A DNA stretch of 64,000 nt from a virus (lineage: Duplodnaviria > Caudoviricetes): the IMG/VR virus record IMGVR_UViG_2706795958_000001, positions 1 through 64,000 of that record. The stretch is one strand, 5' to 3'. Below are positions 39,174-48,717 of the stretch, piece by piece. The notes under the pieces are model-generated. The model saw only the letters and a program-made list of their open reading frames with translations, made no database searches and was not told the DNA's origin. Both the position numbers and the translations under genes were made by a program. Position 1 is the stretch's first letter, and every line of letters begins with the position of its first letter.

Positions 39174-40820
39174 ATGGAGCTACGTACCGGTGACGGTGAG
39201 CGACCGGGAAGGATATTCTTACCCGGTAGCGAAGAGGCTATAGCTATATATGCTGGCAATGAGCTAGTGTGGGCTAAATACCGGACCTCGAATGTAGTTG
39301 TACCGAGGTCCGGTATTGTCGTGCGCGCATACATGCCTTCTATTTACACCCAGTCTTCTGCGCTCATTTCGGTACCGTAAGCTCCATTAAAAATTATCGC
39401 TTATGCACCTACTGTTAGCGGTGATCTTGCATATAATGTAACGGTACCTAGGTCTTCTCTTATTGTGCGTGCATATACGCCTACAATTAGAGCGGATCGG
39501 GCGGTCGATACAGCTGCGCCGCGCGCTGGTCTAATTGTTAGTGCTTTCAATCCCACTGTTCTTGACGCTATTGCTGTTAACGTGGCTGTACCATTTAGCC
39601 TAGTAAATATTGCTGCGCGAGTTCCTAGCATTGATACTAAGCGTGCAGTTGATATTCAGCCTCCGCGTGCAAACGTTATCCTGACTGCATCTACGCCTAC
39701 AATTAGCGCTGACCGCAAGGTTAACGTTGATCCAATTAGGGCTTCAATTGTGGTGCGTGCTTATGCGCCGACGATTGAGATTAATGACCGGGTCAATATC
39801 GACGCCCCGCGCTCGAACGTGGTCATCACCGCGTACCCGCCGACCGTGGTCGCTCAGCGCGCCGTGGACGTTGCCGTGCCGCGTGCTAATGTATCCATCT
39901 TTGCTCAGGCACCAGCCGTTATAGGGGGGATTGGTGCATTTATTGACGCACCAAGGGCTGCATTGAATATTGTGGCTTATCCGCCTACGGTTACGATTGT
40001 ATCCCTTGTTAAACAGCAGATTAACAAGGTGGGCAGGTTCTCGTTTTCTAATAGTGCGGCAATCCCCGTTACAGGATGGGCATCTGATGCCACTAATCCG
40101 GCCGTTCTCGTATCGGATAGTATTCTTGATGTTGTCGGCAACGGTGTTGGTACCGTTAAGGCATTTGTCCGAATGGGTAGAAACTCTACATCAGGAGTTC
40201 CCACTGCCCGACTGGTCATTAACGGCGTTACTGTTGATAGCGTTGACGTTAACCCTAGCTCCGCTCAATTCGGTAATACTGACCCATTACGGGGTAGACC
40301 ATGCCTTTTGCAATGGACGGGAACACTTAACGCCGGTGACGATATTCGGCTAGATGGTATTCGTACAGTTTCCACCACTGGATACGTTAATGATGGTTCT
40401 ACTATAACCGTAGAGCCGGGTAATACCGTTAAGACTATCCAGCGTATGTATAAGAATACATCAGCATTCTCGTGCCCAAACAGCCGTTCATTGGTTACGG
40501 GCTGGACACTGGATGCAAAGTATTCGGGTGGAAGTATAGTAAGCGATAGGCTAAACACTACTTTGACCGGTGTTGGTACCGCTCGTGCATATGTCGTCGG
40601 TACTAGTAATAACTCACCGGCTGAGGTTTGGTTAGTCATGGATGGCGTAGACATAGGAATGATTACAATCCCTGGGAGTGATCAGACTGGATATTGGATT
40701 GAGGTTCCCAATGTCACATTTACTGGCGCTAACGTACTCAGTATAGAAACACGACGCACAAACTCGGCTTCAACAAGATCGTTGGAAAATGATTCTATTG
40801 TTGTGGAAGCTTTGGTTTAG
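39174..40820 (+). pseudogene. Repeat-containing tail fibre gene interrupted by one in-frame TAA (39378-39380)
   Basis: ORFs 39174-39380 and 39465-40820 share a frame; the intervening codons encode an intact repeat unit. Confidence 0.7.
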
Positions 40821-40828
40821 GAGATATT

Positions 40829-41551
40829 ATGTCTGTTACATTACTTAAGGCTCGCGGTATTGGTGAACCTCTGAAAAATAACATGCTCACCGGCCTGGGT
40901 AATAGACTGCCAAAGGAAATTAAGCAAGAGGAAATTAATTACCCGGCATCATACGGTGCAGTACCTAAGCCTGGCATGAGTTTTCTTGCTTCACTGGATA
41001 TCTGCGCTAAGCTCACATTAGAGCGCATACAGAAAGCGCCCAAGGGCGAATTCTTCGTGCTGGCTGGATTCTCGGCGGGAGCAGAAGCCATGGGCAATTT
41101 TATCGCCGCTGCCGATGCTGAAATCCTGCGCCGGATTCTAGGCATATATCTTGTTGCTGATCCGTCCATGCCACGATATGCGCTCAATACGCGCAAGTAT
41201 GGTATCCGTGGAGAGCGTTATTTACCTCGTGGCGTAAAAGCTAAGTGGTCTGCCGATCCTAAGGATTGCATTCCTCTGTGTTCTCCTAAGCCTTCACCTC
41301 TGCGAGATATTGCAGATCGTAGCCCAAATATGGGAATAGGCTCCCGCCTTGATTGGCTGGGAGCCTATTCCCGGATTAATAATCGTGCTGTGCAGGGTGG
41401 CTTCGGTGTTCCTGATTTTAATGCTGCAATTCAGGAGGCTCTAGGATACCTCGTTCGCGGTGATCATACCGGCTACAATGTTCGTAGAGAGCCTAACGGT
41501 AAAGTGTACCTGCACAATGGGGCGGATTGGATTCAGTCTCTCGTCAAGTAA
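40829..41551 (+). CDS. lysB: Lysin B (cutinase-like serine hydrolase)
   Basis: KARGIGEP, INYPAS, GFSAGA (GxSxG), LVADP and GDHTGY motifs. Confidence 0.78.
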   Translation: MSVTLLKARGIGEPLKNNMLTGLGNRLPKEIKQEEINYPASYGAVPKPGMSFLASLDICAKLTLERIQKAPKGEFFVLAGFSAGAEAMGNFIAAADAEILRRILGIYLVADPSMPRYALNTRKYGIRGERYLPRGVKAKWSADPKDCIPLCSPKPSPLRDIADRSPNMGIGSRLDWLGAYSRINNRAVQGGFGVPDFNAAIQEALGYLVRGDHTGYNVRREPNGKVYLHNGADWIQSLVK

Positions 41552-41666
41552 ACCTTGGCGCTTGTGTTTGATTCAAGCAGTAACTTAAGCTCTGCGTATT
41601 CATCGACAGTGAGACCTATTTCTACACACCCATTGCCTTCTATGCTTACTTCACACATTGGCATGT

Positions 41667-41993
41667 CTAAAACCCCGCTGGTTCAATGACCGGTCGATTT
41701 AGCTTCTTGGTAAAAGGTGTAATAATATTCAATGCCCACAGTGGTGTAAATATATGATTACCGGAAAATCCGGTAATCCCACCAATCATTGAGTCGCTTA
41801 TTGGATCATACATTCTCCAACACCCACCCTGATACGATCCATAAGGACTGGTATTGTCAGTTTTAATAAAATAGGAATATGAACCCCTACTATCAGTATT
41901 ATATACTACAGTGCCTATTGGTAACATATCCATGGAGTTTGATTCCAGGTCACCGCTGGTAATAATTCTTTCTCCTAATCCGTGCATATTCAT
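41667..41993 (-). CDS. Hypothetical protein
   Basis: 108 aa, coupled to the upstream stop. Confidence 0.6.
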   Translation of the reverse strand: MNMHGLGERIITSGDLESNSMDMLPIGTVVYNTDSRGSYSYFIKTDNTSPYGSYQGGCWRMYDPISDSMIGGITGFSGNHIFTPLWALNIITPFTKKLNRPVIEPAGF

Positions 41994-43222
41994 TATCGTG
42001 CCTCCGTAATTGCGCTAGCTGGGGTGACATTCACCGATAGTGCTCCGAATTGCTTTTCAATAAGCGCCTTGACTCGCCGCTCTTGCGCCTCGTCAAGCTC
42101 ACCGTTTTTAATAAGGCGATCCAGATCAGTCACATTAATTTTACCCTCGCGTGCCATCTTATCGGGACCGATAATCTTGGCTACGAGTTCCTGATCTAGA
42201 ATCTTTCGAGTACCCTTAGAGGAAATTGTGATGGTATTTCCATACTCATCTTTCCACTCTAGAATGTCCTGTTTCTTAGCGTGCTCTAGAAGCTGAGCAT
42301 CTAATTCCTTGGTAAGCTGAGCTAGTGCTTTTGCCTTGTTATCAATCTCATTACGTAGACGTGCAATTTCACCGATATCTAGATCGGTAACAACACCAGT
42401 GCCGCCAAGATTGGTGCTCTTTTCAAGCTCAGGACACGTCGCCTTAATGGGGCAGAATCGGCAACCGGGGCCAATTTTATACTCAGCCTTTTCACGGTCG
42501 GTATCTAGAATCTTCTGTACAGTCTCACGCAAATACCGCCACGCAATCTTGCAATCTTCACGCGTGAACATAATTGCAAGAGATTGGTCATGGCGCAGAA
42601 GATCAATCTCAACCCAAATATCAGTTGGATTCCAGTCCTGATACTCGATCATTGCTGCAACTGCGTAGATATGCATCTGAATTTTCTTACGCAAATCTTC
42701 ATGAGTCCAGCGTAGGCGAACGCTCTTGTAGTCCACGACGCGGATTGACGTAGAGCCATCTTCATTAATCTCTGCCTGCACACGGTCAAAGATGTATGTG
42801 AGATCAATATCGGTGTCAACTCCACCAATAAAGATATCGTGGAATTTCTTTTCCTCTACCGCAAGAATCTGAACATCGGGATTGTTCACAACGGTATTAG
42901 CCATGCGCTTATGCCATTGCTTAATAAGCTTAGCGGATTCCTTGTAGCTATCCTGATCCACAAGAGCGGTACCGAATGCTAGCTTGTATCCGTCTTCCAG
43001 GTGCTTTAGCAGACGTTTAACGTCCGACCACTGGTGGGTTTTGTCGATCAAGCATTCCTGTACGTGCATCTGGCACGCATGGTGCATGGCGGTACCTTCA
43101 TTGGCCGCATCGGCACTACCGCTACCGGGGATATAGTCTACATACTTAACCGCGAACTGCTGAGGACATTCCTCATAGGTCTGCAAGCTAGATGCAGATA
43201 CCCGGTTATTCGCTGGTCTCAC
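41993..43222 (-). CDS. Cas4/AddB-like PD-(D/E)XK exonuclease
   Basis: SASSLQTYEECP, GTAMH, IFDRV...VVDYKS, CRFCPIKATC; GTG 43222 preferred as start. Confidence 0.85.
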   Translation of the reverse strand: MRPANNRVSASSLQTYEECPQQFAVKYVDYIPGSGSADAANEGTAMHHACQMHVQECLIDKTHQWSDVKRLLKHLEDGYKLAFGTALVDQDSYKESAKLIKQWHKRMANTVVNNPDVQILAVEEKKFHDIFIGGVDTDIDLTYIFDRVQAEINEDGSTSIRVVDYKSVRLRWTHEDLRKKIQMHIYAVAAMIEYQDWNPTDIWVEIDLLRHDQSLAIMFTREDCKIAWRYLRETVQKILDTDREKAEYKIGPGCRFCPIKATCPELEKSTNLGGTGVVTDLDIGEIARLRNEIDNKAKALAQLTKELDAQLLEHAKKQDILEWKDEYGNTITISSKGTRKILDQELVAKIIGPDKMAREGKINVTDLDRLIKNGELDEAQERRVKALIEKQFGALSVNVTPASAITEAR

Positions 43223-43363
43223 GGAGCTTACCCGCTTTCTTATCCCAGAAGGTGTAGTGGTATGCGCACAGCCAAACCTTACTGCCGGTAATCGCGCGTA
43301 CGCGGTGCATCTCACTGGCCGGATGCCACATAGTACACACGTTGCATTCTGCTACTGCTTTAT

Positions 43364-43609
43364 TCACAGGCTACTCCAAAACTTATACCAAGGGTCACCA
43401 TTGACCAATGATTCGATAACACCGCATTCTGCATCTGGGTGCTTTTCCTTGTACTTAGCTATAGCGGCAAGACAATACGCTTCGCCACCGGATGCAATCA
43501 TCTTTTGCTTTGGTTCATCAAAGACAATATGCTCTTTAGTTTCATTGCCAAAGGTGTCGTACTCAACCTTGGTGAATTCTTTCTTGAGAACGTAGGCTAC
43601 ATGTTTCAT
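43364..43609 (-). CDS. Hypothetical protein
   Basis: 81 aa, ATGA overlap. Confidence 0.6.
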   Translation of the reverse strand: MKHVAYVLKKEFTKVEYDTFGNETKEHIVFDEPKQKMIASGGEAYCLAAIAKYKEKHPDAECGVIESLVNGDPWYKFWSSL

Positions 43610-43890
43610 CGTTTTTTAACCTCTCCTGCCCATATGCCATGATTTGAGCCAGTTGCTATCGAGTACTCTTTACATTCAGCAATGACTGGACACCTATTGC
43701 ACATTTCCTTGGCTCTGCGAACTTTATCATGCTGGCCCTTAGATACGAAAAACGGATCATCGCTACCAGGTGTTACGCTGTCCCTGCATTCGGCTCGTAA
43801 TTTCCAGCTTTCGTCTGCCTCATAGAAATTGGCAACTAATTCTGTTCGTCCAGTTTCTCTTCCCTCCCCGCATTTACATCGTCCTCCCAC
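43606..43890 (-). CDS. whiB: WhiB family transcription factor
   Basis: AECR...AKEMCNRCPVIAEC...HGIWAG. Confidence 0.9.
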   Translation of the reverse strand: MGGRCKCGEGRETGRTELVANFYEADESWKLRAECRDSVTPGSDDPFFVSKGQHDKVRRAKEMCNRCPVIAECKEYSIATGSNHGIWAGEVKKR

Positions 43891-44126
43891 ACGTCCTGTA
43901 GGGAATTCTCTAGCTGGGAGGGGGATACCAGAGGGATAGAAGATTCCTCGATATTCGTTGACTGACCCACCCTTGATAATGGGGTCTTCTCGGGCGGCGA
44001 TTCGTTTACATATCCCAGTGCAAACGAGTCTTTTGGGTCAGGCTCCACCGCCTTGGGGCGAAAATCCATAACGGTTTCGTCAGGTTCATTACCACCAGTA
44101 AAAGTTACAGGCTGAATATTTTTCAT
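43836..44126 (-). CDS. Hypothetical acidic protein
   Basis: 96 aa, operon packing. Confidence 0.55.
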   Translation of the reverse strand: MKNIQPVTFTGGNEPDETVMDFRPKAVEPDPKDSFALGYVNESPPEKTPLSRVGQSTNIEESSIPLVSPSQLENSLQDVWEDDVNAGREEKLDEQN

Positions 44127-44311
44127 AGTGTTTTCATCCCAGTTGAGTATGCTACAATTTCATATGCTTGGTGATCGGTAAACCCGGCGCGCAGAAACGA
44201 GTCCTTCATTTCGCGCGCCGGGGGTACCGCATCAATGAGCCGATGATAAGGATCTATGGTAAAGAAATCCCCTAGATACTCTTTCAACTTCTCAATGAGT
44301 TCTTCGGACAT
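44123..44311 (-). CDS. Small protein with AGFTxxQA motif
   Basis: SFLRAGFTDHQAYEIVA. Confidence 0.65.
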   Translation of the reverse strand: MSEELIEKLKEYLGDFFTIDPYHRLIDAVPPAREMKDSFLRAGFTDHQAYEIVAYSTGMKTL

Positions 44312-44313
44312 TG

Positions 44314-44490
44314 TTACTCTTCGCCAGAATTCTTAATCATCTGTGCAACAAGTTTAATGGCCTGATTCTCAGTGAATCCAGCATCAATATAGGAGTCAAA
44401 AATTTCCTTCATTGCATTCATGCCCTCTTGCATAGGCGTAACATGCGGTACAATGGAAGAGATATCGTCCTTCTTGTTTTCGTCGCTCAT
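44314..44490 (-). CDS. Small protein with AGFTxxQA motif, 58 aa (not in ORF track)
   Basis: MSDENKK...SYIDAGFTENQAIKLVA. Confidence 0.65.
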   Translation of the reverse strand: MSDENKKDDISSIVPHVTPMQEGMNAMKEIFDSYIDAGFTENQAIKLVAQMIKNSGEE

Positions 44491-44732
44491 TGCTTAAACC
44501 TAACCTGGTAGGGAATTCTACGCTCGTGAACGTATTTAATAGTTTTTTCTACAAGCTCTAAGTCGGTTAGTACATTTATGGTTAGATCACTGCCATCATG
44601 AGATGTAACATAAATTGAATGTCCCGAATCTTTGTCACTTCCGATTGCAAAAGCAATGCTTCTGATTTTCTCCCATTTTAGACGATGTTCCCATGAGCTT
44701 GTAAGGATTACAAGTTCAGGTTCATTAGCCAT
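44487..44732 (-). CDS. Hypothetical protein
   Basis: 81 aa, overlapping start and stop codons. Confidence 0.6.
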   Translation of the reverse strand: MANEPELVILTSSWEHRLKWEKIRSIAFAIGSDKDSGHSIYVTSHDGSDLTINVLTDLELVEKTIKYVHERRIPYQVRFKQ

Positions 44733-45154
44733 TAGATTACCTTTCCGCCGTGTCGGTACCCGCGTGTCGGGTTAAATCGTAGCTTAGCGAGCACTCCGTC
44801 CGCAACAGGAATCTTGCGATGCTTGGCTGCGTCTCCGATTCTAATAAAAACATCAGCGAATTCAGACGGAATACCCTCAGGCTTATTCTTTTCGCCGCTT
44901 GTATATTGCTCGTCGTAGCCTTTACCGTTTCGGTATTCTTCGAGAGCTTCGGAGAGTTCTGAGTGCATCAGTGCAATTTCCTCACCAAACCCCCTATCCT
45001 GGGCGTTGTCGTACCACCCCAGAGAGAAAGCCTGCCGCCCTGACGCCTCACACAGCACCGCGATGCCCTGCAACAGCACCGCTTCGCCAGCGGGAGTGAG
45101 CGTGCCCTGGTCGTCCATAAACTGCTCGAAACCGGGGGTATTGTTTTCAGCCAT
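44732..45154 (-). CDS. MazG-like nucleotide pyrophosphohydrolase
   Basis: EEIALMHSELSEALEE...EFADVFIRIGD...KLRFN..RGYRHGGK. Confidence 0.85.
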   Translation of the reverse strand: MAENNTPGFEQFMDDQGTLTPAGEAVLLQGIAVLCEASGRQAFSLGWYDNAQDRGFGEEIALMHSELSEALEEYRNGKGYDEQYTSGEKNKPEGIPSEFADVFIRIGDAAKHRKIPVADGVLAKLRFNPTRGYRHGGKVI

Positions 45155-45343
45155 TTATTTGCTCTCTTTCTTGTAAAATCGAATACCGCTTGTTGAGGCA
45201 TAAAACAAAATTACTGCCATAATTGAGACAAAAACAGCAGTTTCTTTATCCATATCACTTTCTATGACATTACTAATGATGAGTATAGTGGCAACTAAAC
45301 ACGCACTTACATATAGAACATCATGGACATCCTTTTTATTCAC
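45155..45343 (-). CDS. Small membrane protein
   Basis: Two TM segments; GTG 45343 overlaps the upstream TGA. Confidence 0.6.
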   Translation of the reverse strand: MNKKDVHDVLYVSACLVATILIISNVIESDMDKETAVFVSIMAVILFYASTSGIRFYKKESK

Positions 45344-45729
45344 TGCCCATTCTCCACCTCTGCGCAAATGTAGTACACAAGAAAGTCAATCAATTCCTGT
45401 GCGCCATCTTCGTAATGATCACGGCCATTGCCTGTTGTAAGTGGCGTGCCGTACTTCTTAAGACCAAATTCCTTACGCTTAAGGATTTCCTCTTTGATGT
45501 CCTGTCCGCGAGACTTATACAGCGAATCCAGGTACACAAGCGCAAGGTCTTTAATCCCAAAATCCAAGAGCTTAAAGTCCACTGGCGGTGCCATAATTCC
45601 CTTGGAATCGAAGTACTCAATCAGCAAATCATGAGCACTAGGATTGCCCGTCTTCATCGGCGGTGGCTGGACGTTAATGCCCATAGATGCAGCAAGCTTA
45701 TCGTGTTCTGGATTTACGGTATCGCTCAT
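45340..45729 (-). CDS. Conserved helical phage protein, possibly an all-alpha NTP pyrophosphatase
   Basis: RKEFGLKKYGTPL...NGRD...QELIDFLVY. Confidence 0.55.
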   Translation of the reverse strand: MSDTVNPEHDKLAASMGINVQPPPMKTGNPSAHDLLIEYFDSKGIMAPPVDFKLLDFGIKDLALVYLDSLYKSRGQDIKEEILKRKEFGLKKYGTPLTTGNGRDHYEDGAQELIDFLVYYICAEVENGQ

Positions 45730-46097
45730 GATGCTTCTTTCTCTGTTTCTAGTAACGGTCTTTGCTGAGCTAATTCTTCTAGCTTAGCCCAACGACGCTT
45801 TTTTACTGCGTCTCGGTACTGATAGTTTTTGTCAGTCAAATGTGAATGATCGTAGTAATCGTGGAGAGTTATGATTTCTCCACCCCATACTCCGACCATC
45901 ATCTCCGTGGAGGTGCCTTGTTCGTTGTAATTCTCCCTAGCTTTTAATGCGGATCGAGCGCAATACCCAATTACCGGGCAACTAGATTTGCAAATAAATG
46001 TAAGCCATTTATCTTTCCTACTAAAATCTAGATCATCGACTCCGCGACAGGGTGCAAATAATCTCCAAGACTCTTCTTCTGGCTCTAGATCATACAT
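45726..46097 (-). CDS. whiB: WhiB family transcription factor (second copy)
   Basis: APCRG...ICKSSCPVIGYC...GVWGG. Confidence 0.8.
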   Translation of the reverse strand: MYDLEPEEESWRLFAPCRGVDDLDFSRKDKWLTFICKSSCPVIGYCARSALKARENYNEQGTSTEMMVGVWGGEIITLHDYYDHSHLTDKNYQYRDAVKKRRWAKLEELAQQRPLLETEKEAS

Positions 46098-46100
46098 AAT

Positions 46101-46622
46101 TCACGGCCAAGTATTGTTGAGTTTAAATTCATCAAACGTGGTGCTGTACACCCTGCCCTTGATTGAATTGTACATACGGTCCACCATTTCTAGCATACGG
46201 TCTGGAATCGAACGCCTGTACTTATATTCGCCTTCAATTTCAATAAGAATCATTCCAGGAACATGTGCGCCCTGCTCGACAATATTAGAGGTAACTGACA
46301 GAACATTCCTGTCATTGTCGATAAGGAGACCCTGCAATGAATCCTCGGTGAGCTTCTGCATATTAGTCGCGTCAGCTTCTTTGGAATTAGGATCCATATT
46401 GCGCCAGAACCAAAACTCGATTCTATATGGTGCTGTTAGCATCTCAGCACCTTGCGCTACTAGTTCCTCACGCACCGCTTCTTTGAAATCATGACCAGCT
46501 TCATCCCTGCCGGAATGCACCTTTAGCGCTCCGCTAGCAGACTTTCCAACAGAATATGGTGGTGTCTTCCACGGCCTAGGGTTAACTGGAACTAAGTAAT
46601 GCCTAACTTGCCTGACTGACAT
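46101..46622 (-). CDS. rusA: RusA-like Holliday junction resolvase
   Basis: ADATNMQKLTEDSLQGLLIDND matches the DxDN..K...D.L.G....D motif. Confidence 0.8.
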   Translation of the reverse strand: MSVRQVRHYLVPVNPRPWKTPPYSVGKSASGALKVHSGRDEAGHDFKEAVREELVAQGAEMLTAPYRIEFWFWRNMDPNSKEADATNMQKLTEDSLQGLLIDNDRNVLSVTSNIVEQGAHVPGMILIEIEGEYKYRRSIPDRMLEMVDRMYNSIKGRVYSTTFDEFKLNNTWP

Positions 46623-46760
46623 TTACATACTCGATCCTGTTGCGGTTGATACGACTAGCCACACGAAAAAGATTACAATTATTAGTGCAACTATTACCGT
46701 GCCGATTGCGGTAAGTATCGCACAAAGCATTCCGAGAGCTTTAGACCAAGGTTTATCCAT
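46623..46760 (-). CDS. Small membrane protein, 45 aa (not in ORF track)
   Basis: MDKPWSKALGMLCAILTAIG..., one long TM. Confidence 0.5.
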   Translation of the reverse strand: MDKPWSKALGMLCAILTAIGTVIVALIIVIFFVWLVVSTATGSSM

Positions 46761-47862
46761 CACTGCTCCATCTTTGAGATACCCATGCCTGATACGGTTC
46801 ACAGCTAATGTAATTGATTTTTGTATTCTCTTTATTGTAATGCAGCTTTCCTGTATGTCTAGGAGTATTGGTTACCGCTCTGAGTAGGTAATTGGGATCA
46901 TAAGAAACAACACTAGCATAGTCATGAACAGCAAAGCCTGGTACCTCGATAACATCTTGAGCAATGTCACCGGCCTTGCCCTTCATACTAATAAAAATAC
47001 TCTCATTAAGCATCATAAGCTTAACAACAGGATTCTCTGTCTGACCAACAGAGTTAATCATTGTAGTCAAAGCGTTTGCCATGACCTCATTATTAAACTC
47101 TAGGTAATGATCATATTGCGTCTGCATTGTTCTGACCGCAACTGCCGGACTCTGAGTGAATGCCCTAATGAATATCTGGGAATACTCATCAGGAATGATA
47201 CCAATATTATTGTTGTCGATGATCACCGGTACGTCAGGAATTGCCTTAATCATTGGTGTGATGATCTTGTGCGGGAATGTAATCGGCCTACCTTTTGCAG
47301 GCGGGAAGTCCAGAGGTAGCATTGCAGCCCTAAAGCTATTGGTTGCAATGATGTAGTCTCCATCTAGGCAGACACCTTGGAATTCAGGTCTAACGCTTTC
47401 CGATCCCAATGCTGCGGCCCATTGCACCTGATCAATTTTGGAATAAAACTCAGGAATAATAGTTGCATCATCTTCGCTGAAAGGTTCCCAGTGCGGGTAT
47501 TCCATACCCTCAATAAGTGAGACCTTGTGAACCTTCTTATTGTGGCGAAGTGTTAGCATACCATTATCATCGGAGAACGTGACATTCATTCCGCTACCGA
47601 TAGGTAGACCTGAACACCATTTAGATATACGGTCGGTAAAATGCCATTCCCAACTACCACCAGAATACTCTAGTGAATTTGACCATTGAGTGTAGAAAAT
47701 CTGTCCGTCGGTACTGCGGACAACAATACTCCCATCATCGAGAATCTGCATGTAAATACCTGGCGTAAATGAATAAGCGCTAGTCCCCTCTTTGGGGGAA
47801 ATTCGTGCAGCATTCTTAAGTACGTCGGCAATAGTGCTGTTCTCAAATACGATGTGGCTCAT
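46753..47862 (-). CDS. dnaN: DNA polymerase III beta sliding clamp-like protein
   Basis: 369 aa; VRSTDGQIF, RPEFQGVCL...ATNSFRAAM and YDPNYLL correspond to beta-clamp motifs. Confidence 0.8.
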   Translation of the reverse strand: MSHIVFENSTIADVLKNAARISPKEGTSAYSFTPGIYMQILDDGSIVVRSTDGQIFYTQWSNSLEYSGGSWEWHFTDRISKWCSGLPIGSGMNVTFSDDNGMLTLRHNKKVHKVSLIEGMEYPHWEPFSEDDATIIPEFYSKIDQVQWAAALGSESVRPEFQGVCLDGDYIIATNSFRAAMLPLDFPPAKGRPITFPHKIITPMIKAIPDVPVIIDNNNIGIIPDEYSQIFIRAFTQSPAVAVRTMQTQYDHYLEFNNEVMANALTTMINSVGQTENPVVKLMMLNESIFISMKGKAGDIAQDVIEVPGFAVHDYASVVSYDPNYLLRAVTNTPRHTGKLHYNKENTKINYISCEPYQAWVSQRWSSDG

Positions 47863-48049
47863 GGGCAGGTTTCACGTCCCAGATATTACTAAAGTGGTCA
47901 TAACCTGGATATTTTTCAGCCTCTACCTTAGGATGAGGCATACCCCTTGTTCCGTCAGCATTGATGATTGGATTTACGTGAGGATTGATTGCATCTTCAT
48001 ACGTTGCGTACAATCCTCTAAAGATATTATCCTCAAATAGCATGTACAT
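47843..48049 (-). CDS. Hypothetical protein
   Basis: Start moved to ATG 48049 behind a GGAGG RBS. Confidence 0.5.
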   Translation of the reverse strand: MYMLFEDNIFRGLYATYEDAINPHVNPIINADGTRGMPHPKVEAEKYPGYDHFSNIWDVKPAHEPHRI

Positions 48050-48053
48050 ATAC

Positions 48054-48716
48054 TCACCAACCTCCCATAATAAAGTCCGCGTCAAAGAAAACATCCTTGT
48101 AGAAGCGCAATTCAGCCAGACTATCTCGGCAGTCATCGAGAACACGGTGAGATTTCTTAGGCGTAATCTCTTCGTCACGCTTAACCGTAGCCTCGGGCAC
48201 CCACCAGGACGCTAGGGTCTTAACAGTAGAAATATCTACATTTCGGTAATGGAAACATCCAGTGCTAAGCTCCGGCATCTTCAAGTCAATGAACTTGCGG
48301 TCGAAGTGGACGGAACTACCTACGGCTGGGCTGGATTGCTTACCCTTGCCGATATTGTAATCTTTAAGCCATGCAATAGCTTCTTGTTCAATCTGGGCCA
48401 GGTCTTTACGATAACCTTGCTCATGCCAGCTACGAATATGAGCAGCAAGACCACTGGCTACATGCATGTCCCACACAATATGCTGATCCATATTCTTGCC
48501 CTGAGCCTCGGCCCAATTAGCCTTAATCCACGCTGCGGTCTGTTCCAGATAATTCAGATGCTCAATAACTACATCATTAACCACGACGGCAGAAAAGTCG
48601 CTAACCTCTTCAAAGGTATCACGATCAAAGATAATCATTCCGACTTCTAGGACAACGTTCTCAATAGGGTTGAGTCCGGTGGTTTCGATATCAACCGCTA
48701 GTGCGTAATTAGGCAT
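48054..48716 (-). CDS. orn: Oligoribonuclease-like DEDDh exonuclease
   Basis: VDIETTGL, GSSVHFDRKF, FHYRNVDISTVK and HRVLDDCRDS. Confidence 0.88.
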   Translation of the reverse strand: MPNYALAVDIETTGLNPIENVVLEVGMIIFDRDTFEEVSDFSAVVVNDVVIEHLNYLEQTAAWIKANWAEAQGKNMDQHIVWDMHVASGLAAHIRSWHEQGYRKDLAQIEQEAIAWLKDYNIGKGKQSSPAVGSSVHFDRKFIDLKMPELSTGCFHYRNVDISTVKTLASWWVPEATVKRDEEITPKKSHRVLDDCRDSLAELRFYKDVFFDADFIMGGW

Positions 48717-48717
48717 A

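Noticed and set aside
39378-39380. Genome-wide stop-codon reassignment
   Set aside because: Many genes end cleanly at TAA with coupled downstream starts, so this stop is a local event.
41993-43222. Cas4-like nuclease as evidence of a CRISPR system
   Set aside because: No repeat-spacer array, cas1 or other cas genes were found; stand-alone Cas4/AddB-like nucleases are common in actinophages.
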